Assembly: GCA_965224025.1 (NCBI GenBank)
Contig: OZ245033.1
Location: forward strand, 544,001-608,000
Source of the DNA: Candidatus Multivorans sp.
GTDB taxonomy: Bacteria; Acidobacteriota; Thermoanaerobaculia; Multivoradales; Multivoraceae
DNA: 64,000 nt
Direction: 5' to 3'
Shown: one piece after another, positions 32,035 to 42,158 of the stretch
Layout: each line of letters begins with the position of its first letter
Position numbering within the stretch: position 1 is the stretch's first letter
Notes under the pieces: generated by a model
Seen by the model: the letters and a program-made list of their open reading frames with translations, nothing else
Told to the model about the DNA's origin: nothing
The model's database searches: none
Position numbers and translations under genes: made by a program

Positions 32035-32453
32035 GACGGCGCTCCCATCAGCTTCGCAGTCATCTCCGCGGCGAGGCGCTCGGCACGGACCTCGAGGGTC
32101 CGGCGCTGTTCGGCCGTCTCCGCGTCCAGCGAGGCGATCGCCTGCTGGAGCTCCGCGTCCGCCTCCTGCCGCGCCTCGGCGACCATCCGTTCGCGCGCCT
32201 GCTGCGCCTCGCGCCGCATCTCGTCGCGGCGGGTGGCCGCCTCGACCCGCGCTTCCTTCAGCGTCTCCCGCTGCTTCTCGATCCTCGCCTCGACTTCCGC
32301 CTGGGCCCGGTCGAACGTCTCCTGCGCGGTCACGATCTCGCTGTCCCGCTCCCGAAGCATCTTCATGACCGGCCCGATGAGGAAGATCCGCACCACCACA
32401 TAGGTGGCCCAGAAGATCGCCATGATGACCAGGAGGCTGGCGTCGAAGTCCAC
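32031..32453 (-). CDS. ATP synthase F0 b' subunit
   Basis: MDFDASLLVIMAIF TM segment, then P..K..RER and a coiled coil. Confidence 0.88.
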   Translation of the reverse strand: MDFDASLLVIMAIFWATYVVVRIFLIGPVMKMLRERDSEIVTAQETFDRAQAEVEARIEKQRETLKEARVEAATRRDEMRREAQQARERMVAEARQEADAELQQAIASLDAETAEQRRTLEVRAERLAAEMTAKLMGAPS

Positions 32454-32748
32454 AGCTACTCGTCCCGCAGTCGTCCGGGTCTGTTTCTCTCGGGCTTAGT
32501 GTTCCGGCGTTGATCCGGCTCGTCGTTCCGGGTCTTCGGGTTCCTGCGGAGCCGGTTCCTTCGGGCGGCTCGATACGCGAGCGCAGACCCCTACCAAGGG
32601 CTGCCAACCTCTCTCGCCCAGAGCCCGAAAGCGGCGGTAACGTAACACGGCTGCCAGGGGTGGTCAACGGCCGCGGCAAGCGACGGAAGCCGGGCGCCCA
32701 AGTGCCGGGAGCGGCGGCGGATGTGGCCCTGAATGGCACCGCGGATTT

Positions 32749-33270
32749 CTACTCCAGTCGAAGACGTCCGCGGAGATTCTCGACTGCAGTGGAAACTCTG
32801 GTAACCGGCCAAGCGGCCTGTACTCGCGATTCGACGGCCGAGCCTTCTTCCGGCAGCGACGCGAAACCCAAGGCGGCGGCGTTCTCTCGAACACGGCGGT
32901 CGAAGGAGAGGATCCGCGCATCGGGTCTCAGACTTCGAACGACCAGGGCCGTCGCCAGGTGAATCGCGTCGAGCGCTCGCACCGGTTCGCACGGAAACGA
33001 GCGACGGGAGCGGTGAACGACTTCGGCGTCGATAGCGTGAAGCGTCCAGTGGGCGCAAGCCGTATCGACGAGCGCCTGCAGGAGTAACGACTGGCTAGCG
33101 GTGATGCGTCCCGCTTCGACCGCGCGCCGAAAGGTCCGATCACACTCGATGAGGGTCAGGTCGGAAGTATGAACCGCATCGGCCTCCGCGAGGCGAGATC
33201 GGGCCGTATGGCCGCGCTCCTCCTCAAGCAGCCAGGCCGTAACGGCGCTCGTCTCCACATACAGGTTCAC
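32749..33270 (-). CDS. vapC: VapC-like PIN-domain toxin
   Basis: LYVETSAV, LIE, RALDAIHLATA, SFDRR. Confidence 0.88.
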   Translation of the reverse strand: MNLYVETSAVTAWLLEEERGHTARSRLAEADAVHTSDLTLIECDRTFRRAVEAGRITASQSLLLQALVDTACAHWTLHAIDAEVVHRSRRSFPCEPVRALDAIHLATALVVRSLRPDARILSFDRRVRENAAALGFASLPEEGSAVESRVQAAWPVTRVSTAVENLRGRLRLE

Positions 33271-33557
33271 CGCTCACCCCGCACCTCGTCCAACAGTTCC
33301 TGTACCACCTCGGAGGGCAGCCGGCACGGCGACTCGGGGTAGATATCCGGCCGATTCGGAGCACCCAGGCGAACGGCGCCCGAACGTGCCCGCTCTCGAA
33401 GTCCGGCCAAGGCCTGGTCTTCCGCCACATGCGTGGGCGGCCCGAGCTCGGCCACGATGCGGCCCCGGTGTGTAACTCCCACGCGCTCCCCTCGTTCCAC
33501 CATGCGGAGGTAAGCGCTCAGGTGATTCTTGATCTCCCGAACACCCGATGTCTTCAT
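33267..33557 (-). CDS. Phd/YefM-type antitoxin
   Basis: GVREIKNHLSAYLRMVERGE..VTHRGRIVAEL; GTGA overlap with the toxin. Confidence 0.88.
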   Translation of the reverse strand: MKTSGVREIKNHLSAYLRMVERGERVGVTHRGRIVAELGPPTHVAEDQALAGLRERARSGAVRLGAPNRPDIYPESPCRLPSEVVQELLDEVRGER

Positions 33558-33647
33558 CGCATGTCGAATGTAGACACATGCAGCCACAATGTCAACATGG
33601 TCAACCTGGTCGAAACCGGAATCTGGCGCAGCGAACGCCTTGCTCCC

Positions 33648-34448
33648 TCAGTACGCGGGCGAGACGGGGCACACGACGACAACCGTCGCGTTGTCCTGCC
33701 AGGGAGTCGCCCGCTGCTCGATCCGCCCGAGGATCGCCTCGGCGATCCGCGACGCCCCCGCTGCTCGGTACTGGCCGCAGGTCGCTGCGACCTCCTCATC
33801 GGACAGCGTCTCGATGCCGTCGCTTGCGAGAACGACGGTGTCGCCCGCAGCCAGGTCCCGTTCGCCCTCGGCCGCCTCGCCGAGCGGCAGGCCCATCACG
33901 GCGCTGGTGATCGCGGCCCGATCAGGATGAAGAGCGGCGCGCAGCGCGCTGATCTCGCGGCGTGCGGCCCGGGCGTCGAGTTCGCGGCCGTAGGTGTGGA
34001 GCGGATTGACGCGCTCCAGCTCGCCGCCGCGCCAGTGGAGGATGTGCGAATCGCCGATGCTGAGCCAGCGGACGCGGTCCTCGAAGAACAGGGCGGCCAC
34101 CAGGGTGGACCCCATGCCCTGAAGCGACGGGTCGGCCTCCATGGCTGTCCTCACTGCCTGGTTCGCGTGGGCTAGCGCGGGGCGCAAGCACTCGGCCAGA
34201 GGCTTCGTGATCAGCGGGTAGCTGCCGACGAAGTTCCGGATCGTGATCCGGCTCGCCTGGTCGCCTGCCGGCAGGCCCCCCATGCCGTCGGCGACCGCCG
34301 CGAGCAGCGGCGCCTCGCCGGTTGCGTCGTCCGACACGACATGGACGCTCCAGGAGTCTTCCTGGCGCTTGCGCGCGCCGATCATGCTGGCCGCCGCGAA
34401 GTGGCGGCCTTCGATCATGCGTTCCGGAGGTTGAACGCTGGAAGGCAT
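33648..34448 (-). CDS. PP2C-family Ser/Thr protein phosphatase
   Basis: RKRQED, VADGMGG, GSTL, IGDS, LASDG, QDNATVVV. Confidence 0.92.
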   Translation of the reverse strand: MPSSVQPPERMIEGRHFAAASMIGARKRQEDSWSVHVVSDDATGEAPLLAAVADGMGGLPAGDQASRITIRNFVGSYPLITKPLAECLRPALAHANQAVRTAMEADPSLQGMGSTLVAALFFEDRVRWLSIGDSHILHWRGGELERVNPLHTYGRELDARAARREISALRAALHPDRAAITSAVMGLPLGEAAEGERDLAAGDTVVLASDGIETLSDEEVAATCGQYRAAGASRIAEAILGRIEQRATPWQDNATVVVVCPVSPAY

Positions 34449-34538
34449 GTAGCTTCCGGAAGCTAGCGCAGACGCGGTCGCCGCTTCTCGGCAGGCCGAT
34501 GGGGCGCCGGCGCACCGACACTCGGCTAGCCTGACTTC

Positions 34539-35420
34539 ATGGTCCGCCTGGAATGCGTCCCCAACATCAGCGAGGGGCGGCGCGGAGACGTAGTCGACGC
34601 CTGCGTGCGGGCCGCGTCGATGCCCGGCGTGCGAGTTCTCGACGTGTCCTCGGACCCGGACCACAACCGGACCGTGCTGACCCTGCTGGGCGAGGCCGAC
34701 GAGCTCGTGGCGGCCGTCGAGGGCCTTGCGGTCACGGCGACCGAGTGCATCGACGTTGCCGGTCACCAAGGCGTTCATCCCTTTCTCGGAGCCCTGGATG
34801 TCGTGCCGTTCGTGCCGCTGGAAAACGACGCGATGCCGGCGGCGATCGAGGCCGCGCATCGCGCGGGGGACGCGATCGCAGGGCTTGGTCTGCCCGTGTT
34901 CCTCTACGGCGAGGCCGCCTCGGCGCCGGCGCGAGCCGCCCTTGCCGACCATCGGCGCGGCGGCTTGGCGTGCCTTGCGGAGCGGATGGCGAGCGGCGAG
35001 TGGCAGCCGGATTGCGGTCCGAACCGGCTTCACCCAGCCGGCGGCGCGGTGTGCGTCGGCGCGCGGGCGCCCCTGGTGGCCTTCAACCTGCTGCTCGACA
35101 CGGACCAGGTCGCCGCGGCGAAGCGGATTGCGTCGGCGCTGCGCGAGTCCGGCGACGGTCCGCCGGGCGTGCGCGCCCTCGGCTTCTTTCTCGAAGGCCG
35201 TGGACGGGCCCAGGTCAGCGTCAACCTGACGGACTGCGACCGGACGTCGTTGCTCGACGTGGTCCACCGGGCGGACGAACTGGCGGCTGCTGCCGGCGTC
35301 CGGGTCGTCGAGACGGAGTTGATCGGGCTGGCGCCGCGCCGTGTGGTGCCGCAGAGCGGCGCAGCGGCGCTGCGGCTACCCGGGCTCTCTGCGCGGCAGA
35401 TCATCGAGACTCACTTCTAG
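34539..35420 (+). CDS. ftcD: Glutamate formiminotransferase
   Basis: ECVPNISEGR, DPDHNRTV, HQGVHP..GALDVVPF, VGAR..LVAFN. Confidence 0.92.
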   Translation: MVRLECVPNISEGRRGDVVDACVRAASMPGVRVLDVSSDPDHNRTVLTLLGEADELVAAVEGLAVTATECIDVAGHQGVHPFLGALDVVPFVPLENDAMPAAIEAAHRAGDAIAGLGLPVFLYGEAASAPARAALADHRRGGLACLAERMASGEWQPDCGPNRLHPAGGAVCVGARAPLVAFNLLLDTDQVAAAKRIASALRESGDGPPGVRALGFFLEGRGRAQVSVNLTDCDRTSLLDVVHRADELAAAAGVRVVETELIGLAPRRVVPQSGAAALRLPGLSARQIIETHF

Positions 35421-36797
35421 CCGCCCCGGCATGCCGTCGAACGATCCGGACGACATCGTGACCAGGACGTCGCCGGGCCGGGCTTCCGCCAGGGCCTTCT
35501 CAAGAAGCACATCGTTCGATTCGCAGGCCGTCGCCTCGGCCCCGAGTGACCCGATGTCCGCCGCCAACTTCTCCGGGTCGAAGCCATCCTCGCCCAGGCG
35601 CACGCGGTGGAACACTGGGGCCAGAAACACGCGGTCGGCCGACGCCAGCGCGGCCGCGAGATCGGCGGCGAACTGACGGCGGCCCGCGCTCAGGCTCCGC
35701 GGCTCGAACAGGGCGACCAGCCGGCGGCCGGGGAACCGCTGGCGGAGTGCCGAGAGCGACGCCGCGATCTCCGACGCATGGTGAGCGAAGTCGTCGATGA
35801 CGACCACGCCCTCGGTCTCCCCAACGACTTCGAGCCGGCGCTTCACGCCGCGGAACGTGGCCAGGGCCTCCAGCACGGCCTTGGGATCCAGACCGTCGGC
35901 CCGTGCCGCGATCCAGACCGCGGTCGCGTTCGCGGCGTTGTGTTCGCCCCAGACGCCGAGTTCGATCCGCTGGCGGTCGCCCGCCTCTTCCAGCTCGAAC
36001 GAGATGCCGTTCTCGCCGCTCTGGACCGGACCGGCGAGCCGCACGTCGGCCGCCCCATCGCCGGAAGTCCCGGCGCCGTAGGTCACGACGCGGCACTGGC
36101 TCGCGCCAGCCACTCGCTCGACAGTCGGGTAGTCGGCGCAGGCGATGAGAAGCCCGGCGGGCGGCAACCGCTCGACCAGTCCGAGAAAGGCCCGTTCCAA
36201 CCCTTCGAAGTCGGGATAGAGGTCGACATGGTCGTGCTCCAGGCTGGTCAGGATCACGGCCTCCGGCCGGTAGTGCCAGAACTTCGGGCCGCGATCGAAG
36301 TAGGAGGCGTTGTACTCGTCGCCCTCGATCGCGAAGCGCGGTCCGCCGCCGAGCGCGAATCCGGCCGGCAGGCCGATCGGCGCGCCGCCGACGAGATAGC
36401 CGGGATCGGCGCCGGCGCGGGAGTAGACCCAGGCCGCCATCGCGGTGGTCGTCGTCTTGCCGTGGCTGCCGGCGATGACCAGCGGCCGCCGGTCCCGGAG
36501 CACGAACCGGTCGAGCGCTTCGGGCATCGACAGCCGCGGCAGGCCGAGTTCTTCGGTCGCCACCGCCTCTGGGTTGGTGCGCGGGACCGCGTTGCCGACG
36601 ATCACCAGGTCCGGCCGCGGCGAAAGATGGGCCGGGTCGTAGCCGACCAGGGGTTCGATGCCGGCATCGGCCAGCAGTTCGCTGGTCGGCGGATAGAGCG
36701 GCCCGTCCGAGCCGCGCACCTGGTGGCCAAGTTCCCGCAGCAGGCAGGCGAGCGGCGCCATGCCGGTGCCCCCGATCGCGATCAGGTGGATGTCCAA
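35376..36797 (-). CDS. mpl: Murein peptide ligase (Mpl/MurC family)
   Basis: IAIGGTGM, AGSHGKTTT, EGDEY, DHVD, DDFAHH, FEPRS. Confidence 0.9.
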   Translation of the reverse strand: MDIHLIAIGGTGMAPLACLLRELGHQVRGSDGPLYPPTSELLADAGIEPLVGYDPAHLSPRPDLVIVGNAVPRTNPEAVATEELGLPRLSMPEALDRFVLRDRRPLVIAGSHGKTTTTAMAAWVYSRAGADPGYLVGGAPIGLPAGFALGGGPRFAIEGDEYNASYFDRGPKFWHYRPEAVILTSLEHDHVDLYPDFEGLERAFLGLVERLPPAGLLIACADYPTVERVAGASQCRVVTYGAGTSGDGAADVRLAGPVQSGENGISFELEEAGDRQRIELGVWGEHNAANATAVWIAARADGLDPKAVLEALATFRGVKRRLEVVGETEGVVVIDDFAHHASEIAASLSALRQRFPGRRLVALFEPRSLSAGRRQFAADLAAALASADRVFLAPVFHRVRLGEDGFDPEKLAADIGSLGAEATACESNDVLLEKALAEARPGDVLVTMSSGSFDGMPGRLEVSLDDLPRREPG

Positions 36798-36799
36798 GG

Positions 36800-37642
36800 C
36801 TACGAGCGAGGAGGTCGACCCCAGAGACTGGCCTCGTCCCGGGTCGCGGCCGGCCCTCGCCGGCGGCGTTTCAGGGCGTCGTCCACCTCAACCAGCCGTT
36901 CCGAGAGGGTGCTCCGCTGCAGTTCCGTCAGATCGGCGATCCCCGCGAGGGCGAGATCGAGCAGGCCGTCGAACTCCGGCCGCGTGAACACCCGGCCCTC
37001 CGCGGTGCCCTGCACCTCGATCAGGCTGCCGTCGCCGGTCGCCACCACGTTCAGGTCGACCTGGGCGTCCCGATCCTCGACGTACTCGAGATCGAGCAGC
37101 AGTTCGTCCTCACAGATGCCGACCGACACCGCGGCCACGGAGTGAACCAGCGGCCACTTCTTCAGATCGCCCTCGAGCAGCATCTTCGCGAGCGCCGCGA
37201 CGACGGCGACGTAGGCGCCGGTGATCGACGCCGTCCGGGTGCCGCCGTCGGCCTGGATCACGTCGCAGTCGACGGCGATCGTGACTTCCGGGAGCTTGCG
37301 CAGGTTGACCGCGGACCTGAGCGAACGGCCGATCAGGCGCTGGATCTCCGATGTGCGGCCCGAAGGCCGGCCGCGCGACACTTCCCGCCTCGAGCGGGTC
37401 AGCGTCGCGCGCGGCAACATCGCGTACTCAGCGGTCAGCCACCCCTGGCCCTTGCCGACCAGGAAGGGCGGTACCCGGCGCTCGACGCTGGCGGAACAAA
37501 GCACCCTGGTGTCGCCGCACTCCACCAGCGCGGACCCCTCGGCGAACTTCATCGCGTCCAGCTCGATCGACACCGGGCGCAGGGCCGAGGCCGACCGCCC
37601 GCCGCTGCGTACGAAGCCGCCTGATCGTTCTGCTCCAGTCAC
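36800..37642 (-). CDS. rph: Ribonuclease PH
   Basis: [37 protein letters not shown]; GTGA overlap with murI. Confidence 0.96.
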   Translation of the reverse strand: MTGAERSGGFVRSGGRSASALRPVSIELDAMKFAEGSALVECGDTRVLCSASVERRVPPFLVGKGQGWLTAEYAMLPRATLTRSRREVSRGRPSGRTSEIQRLIGRSLRSAVNLRKLPEVTIAVDCDVIQADGGTRTASITGAYVAVVAALAKMLLEGDLKKWPLVHSVAAVSVGICEDELLLDLEYVEDRDAQVDLNVVATGDGSLIEVQGTAEGRVFTRPEFDGLLDLALAGIADLTELQRSTLSERLVEVDDALKRRRRGPAATRDEASLWGRPPRS

Positions 37643-38469
37643 CGTACTACCTCCTGAGGTTGCATCTCGGCCTGGTTCACGTCGATCCACTCCAGGGCGA
37701 CGGGTTCGCCGAGAATCCGCTCCGCGAGTCTCGCAAAGCGGGAACCCGCGTCGGTGGCGAAGAGTCTCACACTTGGCTTGTGCGGCGCACACCCACGGCG
37801 CCAGCCAGCCCGCCGAAGCCGCTGCTCCACCGCCAGGCTCGTCGATTCAGCCGAGTCCACGAGGGTCACGCCCGGCCCGCAGGCCCGCGCCAGCACGCCG
37901 CGCAGCAACGGGTAGTGGGTGCAGCCGAGGAGCAGGATGTCGATCTCCGCTTCGAGCAGCGGTTCGAGGTAGCGGGCGACGATCCGTTCCGTGATCTCGT
38001 CGTCCTCCCAGCCCTCCTCGACCAGGGGCACGAGCAGCGGGCAGGCCTGCTGACTCACCCGCAGCTCCGGGTTCAGCCGCCGGATCGCGTGCTCGTACGC
38101 GCCCGACCGGACGGTCGACTCGGTGGCGATCACGCCGACGTGCCGGCCCGCAACCGCCACCGCGGCCGACGCTCCCGGCTCCAGCACGCCCCAGTGCGGG
38201 GTCCGCACGTCCAGGTCCTCGAGCGCCATCGCCGAGGCCGTGTTGCAGGCGACGACGAGAGCGTCGACTCCGTTCCGCTCCAGGAAGTCCACGTTGGCCT
38301 GCGAGTAGCGAAGCACCGTACGCCGCGACTTCGTGCCGTAGGGCAGGCGCGCTGTATCGCCGAGGTAGAGGATCGAAGCGGCGGGCAGGCGCCTTCGCAG
38401 CGCGGCGACCACGGTGAGGCCGCCGACGCCCGAGTCGAAGACGCCGATCAGGGGCTCGGAACCGGACAC
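37639..38469 (-). CDS. murI: Glutamate racemase
   Basis: [27 protein letters not shown]. Confidence 0.96.
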   Translation of the reverse strand: MSGSEPLIGVFDSGVGGLTVVAALRRRLPAASILYLGDTARLPYGTKSRRTVLRYSQANVDFLERNGVDALVVACNTASAMALEDLDVRTPHWGVLEPGASAAVAVAGRHVGVIATESTVRSGAYEHAIRRLNPELRVSQQACPLLVPLVEEGWEDDEITERIVARYLEPLLEAEIDILLLGCTHYPLLRGVLARACGPGVTLVDSAESTSLAVEQRLRRAGWRRGCAPHKPSVRLFATDAGSRFARLAERILGEPVALEWIDVNQAEMQPQEVVR

Positions 38470-38471
38470 GG

Positions 38472-39146
38472 TCAGATGCCGCCCGCCGGCGCCGCGTTCC
38501 GGGACAGGTCGGCCATCAGGGGACGGGCCGTGTCGACGTGACCGGCGAAGGTCGGCCGCTGCTCGCCGTTCCACATCAGCACCACCCGATCCACCCCCAG
38601 GTTGTTCGCGGTCAGACTGTTCACGAGACTGTAGACGGCGAGGAGTTCCTCGGTCAGTCCCATCGCCGGCCGTTCCAGACCCACCGCCGACCGGCCCGTT
38701 GTGCCGGCGGCCCCAGTTCTGGAAGCGACCTCGACGGTCGTCAGGTCGACATAGGCCACGCCGTCGAGCAGTTCCACCGCCAGGAGCCGGACCCCGGCCG
38801 GTAGAGCCGGCAACAACTCTTCGTTGGGCTCAGGCGGCTCGCCGGCGTCATCCGCATCGCCGGAGACCGTGACCACGGCCCCGGCCTCGCCTGGACCCGC
38901 GATCAGTGCTTCGACGATGACGGCAGCCGTTTCCTCCACGCTGTCCGCGGCCCGGATCGGCCGCTGGTCGCAGCGAAGCAACCCAAGGGCACTCGGGAAG
39001 CACAGCGTGGCCAGGAAGGCCTCGCCCGGAGCCACGAGTTCCACTTCGCCGTCGCCATCGCCGTCCCCGTTCCGGCCCGAGCCGCCGCAACCGGCCAGCA
39101 GCATCAGGACAACAACCGAACAGAGGCCCGCTCGCGCGGGAATCAT
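38472..39146 (-). CDS. GerMN-domain lipoprotein
   Basis: Lipobox LAGC; LIAGP, VAYVDL, ELLAVYSLVNSL, FAGHVD. Confidence 0.85.
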   Translation of the reverse strand: MIPARAGLCSVVVLMLLAGCGGSGRNGDGDGDGEVELVAPGEAFLATLCFPSALGLLRCDQRPIRAADSVEETAAVIVEALIAGPGEAGAVVTVSGDADDAGEPPEPNEELLPALPAGVRLLAVELLDGVAYVDLTTVEVASRTGAAGTTGRSAVGLERPAMGLTEELLAVYSLVNSLTANNLGVDRVVLMWNGEQRPTFAGHVDTARPLMADLSRNAAPAGGI

Positions 39147-41017
39147 GATCCCGCCCCGTCGGCGGCAGCCTCGGCGGTGCCCGCGGCGACGCCACGGTAG
39201 AGGCGGATCGCCCGCCCGATCGCCTCGATCAACTCCCGGCGGTACGACTCGTCGAGCAGCGGCGTTGCTTCCTCGTCACGGCCCAGAGAACCGAGTTCGA
39301 TCAGGACCGCAGGCATCGAAGCGCCGGTCAGCACGCGCAGCGGGGCGCGACCGACACGGCGGTTCGGCTGCTCGAGTGCGTCGCTGACATGGCTCTGAAT
39401 CAGCCGTGCCAGGAGTCCGCTTCGTTCGAGCTGACCGTCCTGCACCCGCTCCCACAGTTCAAGCACCGGGACGGCGACCGGGATCTCCTGCTCGTCGTCT
39501 GCCATCCGAGCGCCCGCGGACGGGCGCTCGGACTGGTTCGCGTCTTGCTCGTTCCCTCGCAAGCCGGGTTCCATCTCGTCGCCCGGATCGTCGAACGCGT
39601 CCTCCTCGAAAGCGTCCGGGTCGAGATTCTCTTCTCCAACCGGCTTGCCCCACTCGCCATCCTCGATCGGCTCTTCGGCCGTCTCGAAGAGTGCCGGCGG
39701 CGGATCGAGGACGTAGGTCTGAAACCCGTCGTCCGAAGCCCACGCGGAGCCCGGACTCACGTGCAGCGACAGAAACAGATCGGCCCTGCGCTGGTTCGCC
39801 ACCGCGGTCCGGTTCTCGAGCGTCACGTCGCTGTCATCGGTTCGGGTCAGCACGACCCGCGCTCCCAGGCTGTTCGTCAGGTGCGATCTCAGTTCCCGCG
39901 CGATCGTAAGAACCAGGTCCTTCTCGGTGACGCCGGAGGCGGCCGACACGCCCGTGTCCGCGCCGCCGTGGCCCGGGTCGAGGACGATGCGGAACTCTCC
40001 CGTTTCTTCGTCGCGCCGGGACAGCGCGCGCGGCGTGCGTCCCATCCGGTCCCGAGTGATGTCCATGACGAGTTGAACCCGAGGCGGACGTCCGAGGATG
40101 TACGGCTCCGATGCCTCCGCCCGCGGCGCCAGACCGATGTCGATCGAGCGTTCGCGCACTTCCAGCCAGCGCACCAGAGGATCGTTCAGCCGGACGCGCG
40201 GCCGCGGCGCCATGACGCTGCTCAGAAGTCGGAGCCGCACGCCTCCACGGTACTCATCGACGCGGTAGCGGGGCCGGCCCGAGAACGTCACGACCAGCGT
40301 CGTCGCGCCAAGATCGTGGACGCGGTCCACTTCGACCGCGAGCCGGCGTTCGCCGGTCTTCGAAACCTCCAGAATCCCGCGTCTGCGATCGAAGTCGAAC
40401 CGGAATCCCTGCTCTGCCGGATAGGCCCGGGCCAGCGCGTCGACCGGCACGTACAGGTGCCGCGGCGGCAGCTCGATGGGCGGCAGTTCGGGCGCCGGCT
40501 CATCGGCGTCTGCCCCTTCGGAACCGGCGTCCACGTCGTCGTCGGAATCGTCCTTCGGGCGCAGGTGCTCGGGAAGCTCCGGCTCGGGCTCGAGCCACGG
40601 CTTGATCGACAGGGTGTGCATCTCGCCGTCCACCAGGACGACCCTGCCCAACGGCCCAAGCACCACCTCGCGACCGGCGACGCGCAGCGTGTGCGCCTCG
40701 CCCAGGGGACCGATCTCCAGCTCGCCTCCCAGCACCTCCACCACCGGCGCAAGGGCGACCAGGGGGCCGAACGAGGATTCCGCCCAGGGCAGCGGCGCGC
40801 GCTGCCGGCCTACTGCAATGGTCCCCTCGTCCCGCGAGAGAATCTGCGTCTCGGGCTCGTCGTCGGCCTGCGCCCAGGCCGCTTCAAGCGGCACGAGCGC
40901 CAAGGCGCCTACGAGCAGTCCACGTTGAAGCGCCGAAACGCTTCGCCGCTTCGCGGCGTCGCGCCTGATGCGGACCAGAAGATCCGCGCACGCAGAGACA
41001 CGCCGTTGCCGAGCCAC
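39143..41017 (-). CDS. N-acetylmuramoyl-L-alanine amidase (Amidase_3)
   Basis: VLDPGHGG, EKDL, LTRTDD, FLSLH, PAVLIELG; N-terminal signal and acidic insertions. Confidence 0.9.
   Translation of the reverse strand: MARQRRVSACADLLVRIRRDAAKRRSVSALQRGLLVGALALVPLEAAWAQADDEPETQILSRDEGTIAVGRQRAPLPWAESSFGPLVALAPVVEVLGGELEIGPLGEAHTLRVAGREVVLGPLGRVVLVDGEMHTLSIKPWLEPEPELPEHLRPKDDSDDDVDAGSEGADADEPAPELPPIELPPRHLYVPVDALARAYPAEQGFRFDFDRRRGILEVSKTGERRLAVEVDRVHDLGATTLVVTFSGRPRYRVDEYRGGVRLRLLSSVMAPRPRVRLNDPLVRWLEVRERSIDIGLAPRAEASEPYILGRPPRVQLVMDITRDRMGRTPRALSRRDEETGEFRIVLDPGHGGADTGVSAASGVTEKDLVLTIARELRSHLTNSLGARVVLTRTDDSDVTLENRTAVANQRRADLFLSLHVSPGSAWASDDGFQTYVLDPPPALFETAEEPIEDGEWGKPVGEENLDPDAFEEDAFDDPGDEMEPGLRGNEQDANQSERPSAGARMADDEQEIPVAVPVLELWERVQDGQLERSGLLARLIQSHVSDALEQPNRRVGRAPLRVLTGASMPAVLIELGSLGRDEEATPLLDESYRRELIEAIGRAIRLYRGVAAGTAEAAADGAGS
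40944..41002 (+). repeat. REP-like composite, family R, overlapping the amidase 5' coding region
   Basis: CGCCGCTTCGCGGC..TGATGCGGACCAGAAGATCCGCGCACGCAGAGA aligns with 60651-60709. Confidence 0.7.
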
Positions 41018-41118
41018 TACGGCAACCTAACACCACGGCCCGAAGGTCTGATTCCGGGCCCGTTGAACCGAACCACCTACGCGGCGCTGTGTTATCTTTC
41101 GCGGCCCTGCGCACGCGT

Positions 41119-41194
41119 GGCCCGTTCGTCTAGGGGTCTAGGACGCTGGCCTCTCACGCCAGTAACACGGGTTCGAATCCCGTACGGGCTACCA
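41119..41194 (+). tRNA. tRNA-Glu (CTC)
   Basis: GGCCCGT...CT-CTC-AC...GGTTCGAATCC...ACGGGCTACCA. Confidence 0.95.
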
Positions 41195-41247
41195 ACGCGC
41201 CGTCAGGCGCGTTTGCAGCCCGTACGGGATTGCGGCGGCCTCGGCGG

Positions 41248-42150
41248 TCAGGGCACCTCAGGAGAAGCACTCTCGACGGCAACGTGGGTGTCGGGATTCG
41301 GGTCTTGATTGGGGTCGACCAGATGACCGGCCGGGAAGCTGACCGAGACCGCCGGGGCGGACGTATCGAGGCACAGAAGGTGGTTGTTGTCTCCGTCCCC
41401 CAGGTCCGCGAGCGCTGCCGGAACGATCTCGTCGCTGGAGCCGTCCGGACGCTCCACGGTCACGCGATAGAGAGCGCGCTCCGCGTCGCCGAGTTCGCCG
41501 CCATTCGGCAGTCGTACGCCACCGGCCCAGGTCGCCCGGACCACCTGCAGGACGCCATCCGGACAGCGGGATCCCCGGCCCTCGGTTGACCATCCGTCCT
41601 CCGGTACCACCTCTGCCAGCACGAGAGAGGGTCCGGCATCGAGCGGCGTGACCTGCGTCTGTGTTCCGCGGAAGTTCACCTGTTCACCCGTGACTCCATC
41701 CGAGAACAGATCGCCGACAACGAGTACCTTCATCGGCGGGTCGTTGGCCGCGTCGCCGAACTCACCGATGAGGAGCACGGTCCTGAGTTCACCTGGATCC
41801 CTGGCCGGCCCGAGGGTGGAGCAGATCGGGCTGCGTTCAGCCCCGGACCGCGTGACAATCCGGAAGTCCTCGGGCTGCAGGGTTTCCGCGTCAACGGTAT
41901 GAGACAGCACGACCGGCATACCGTCCTGCCCGGCCGCACCCTGGCAGATGCGATTTGCCCCGACCCGCAGACCGTTGTCCAACCCAAAGAACGCCGACAG
42001 CGGGCGCGCCGTCTGGCCGTTCGCGGCCTGCGCGACAGGCATCACCGCTGGCCCGGGCCGTGACTCATGCGAACCAGCCGAACTGAACGAAGCCGGAGCC
42101 AGGCACAACGCTGCCAAGCCCACTGCGACAACGTAGAAAAGCCCCTTCAT
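41248..42150 (-). CDS. Secreted hypothetical protein
   Basis: Signal peptide MKGLFYVVAVGLAAL; SAFFGLDN, GQDGMPVV, ELRTVLLIGE; protein-like composition. Confidence 0.7.
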   Translation of the reverse strand: MKGLFYVVAVGLAALCLAPASFSSAGSHESRPGPAVMPVAQAANGQTARPLSAFFGLDNGLRVGANRICQGAAGQDGMPVVLSHTVDAETLQPEDFRIVTRSGAERSPICSTLGPARDPGELRTVLLIGEFGDAANDPPMKVLVVGDLFSDGVTGEQVNFRGTQTQVTPLDAGPSLVLAEVVPEDGWSTEGRGSRCPDGVLQVVRATWAGGVRLPNGGELGDAERALYRVTVERPDGSSDEIVPAALADLGDGDNNHLLCLDTSAPAVSVSFPAGHLVDPNQDPNPDTHVAVESASPEVP

Positions 42151-42158
42151 ACGCAGTC

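Noticed and set aside
35376-35420. 45-bp convergent overlap of ftcD and mpl
   Set aside because: Short tail-to-tail overlaps are common in GC-rich genomes
41219-41228. 10-bp copy CCCGTACGGG of the tRNA-Glu 3' region as an att site
   Set aside because: Only 30 bp from the tRNA copy, palindromic and short; no integrase or intervening element
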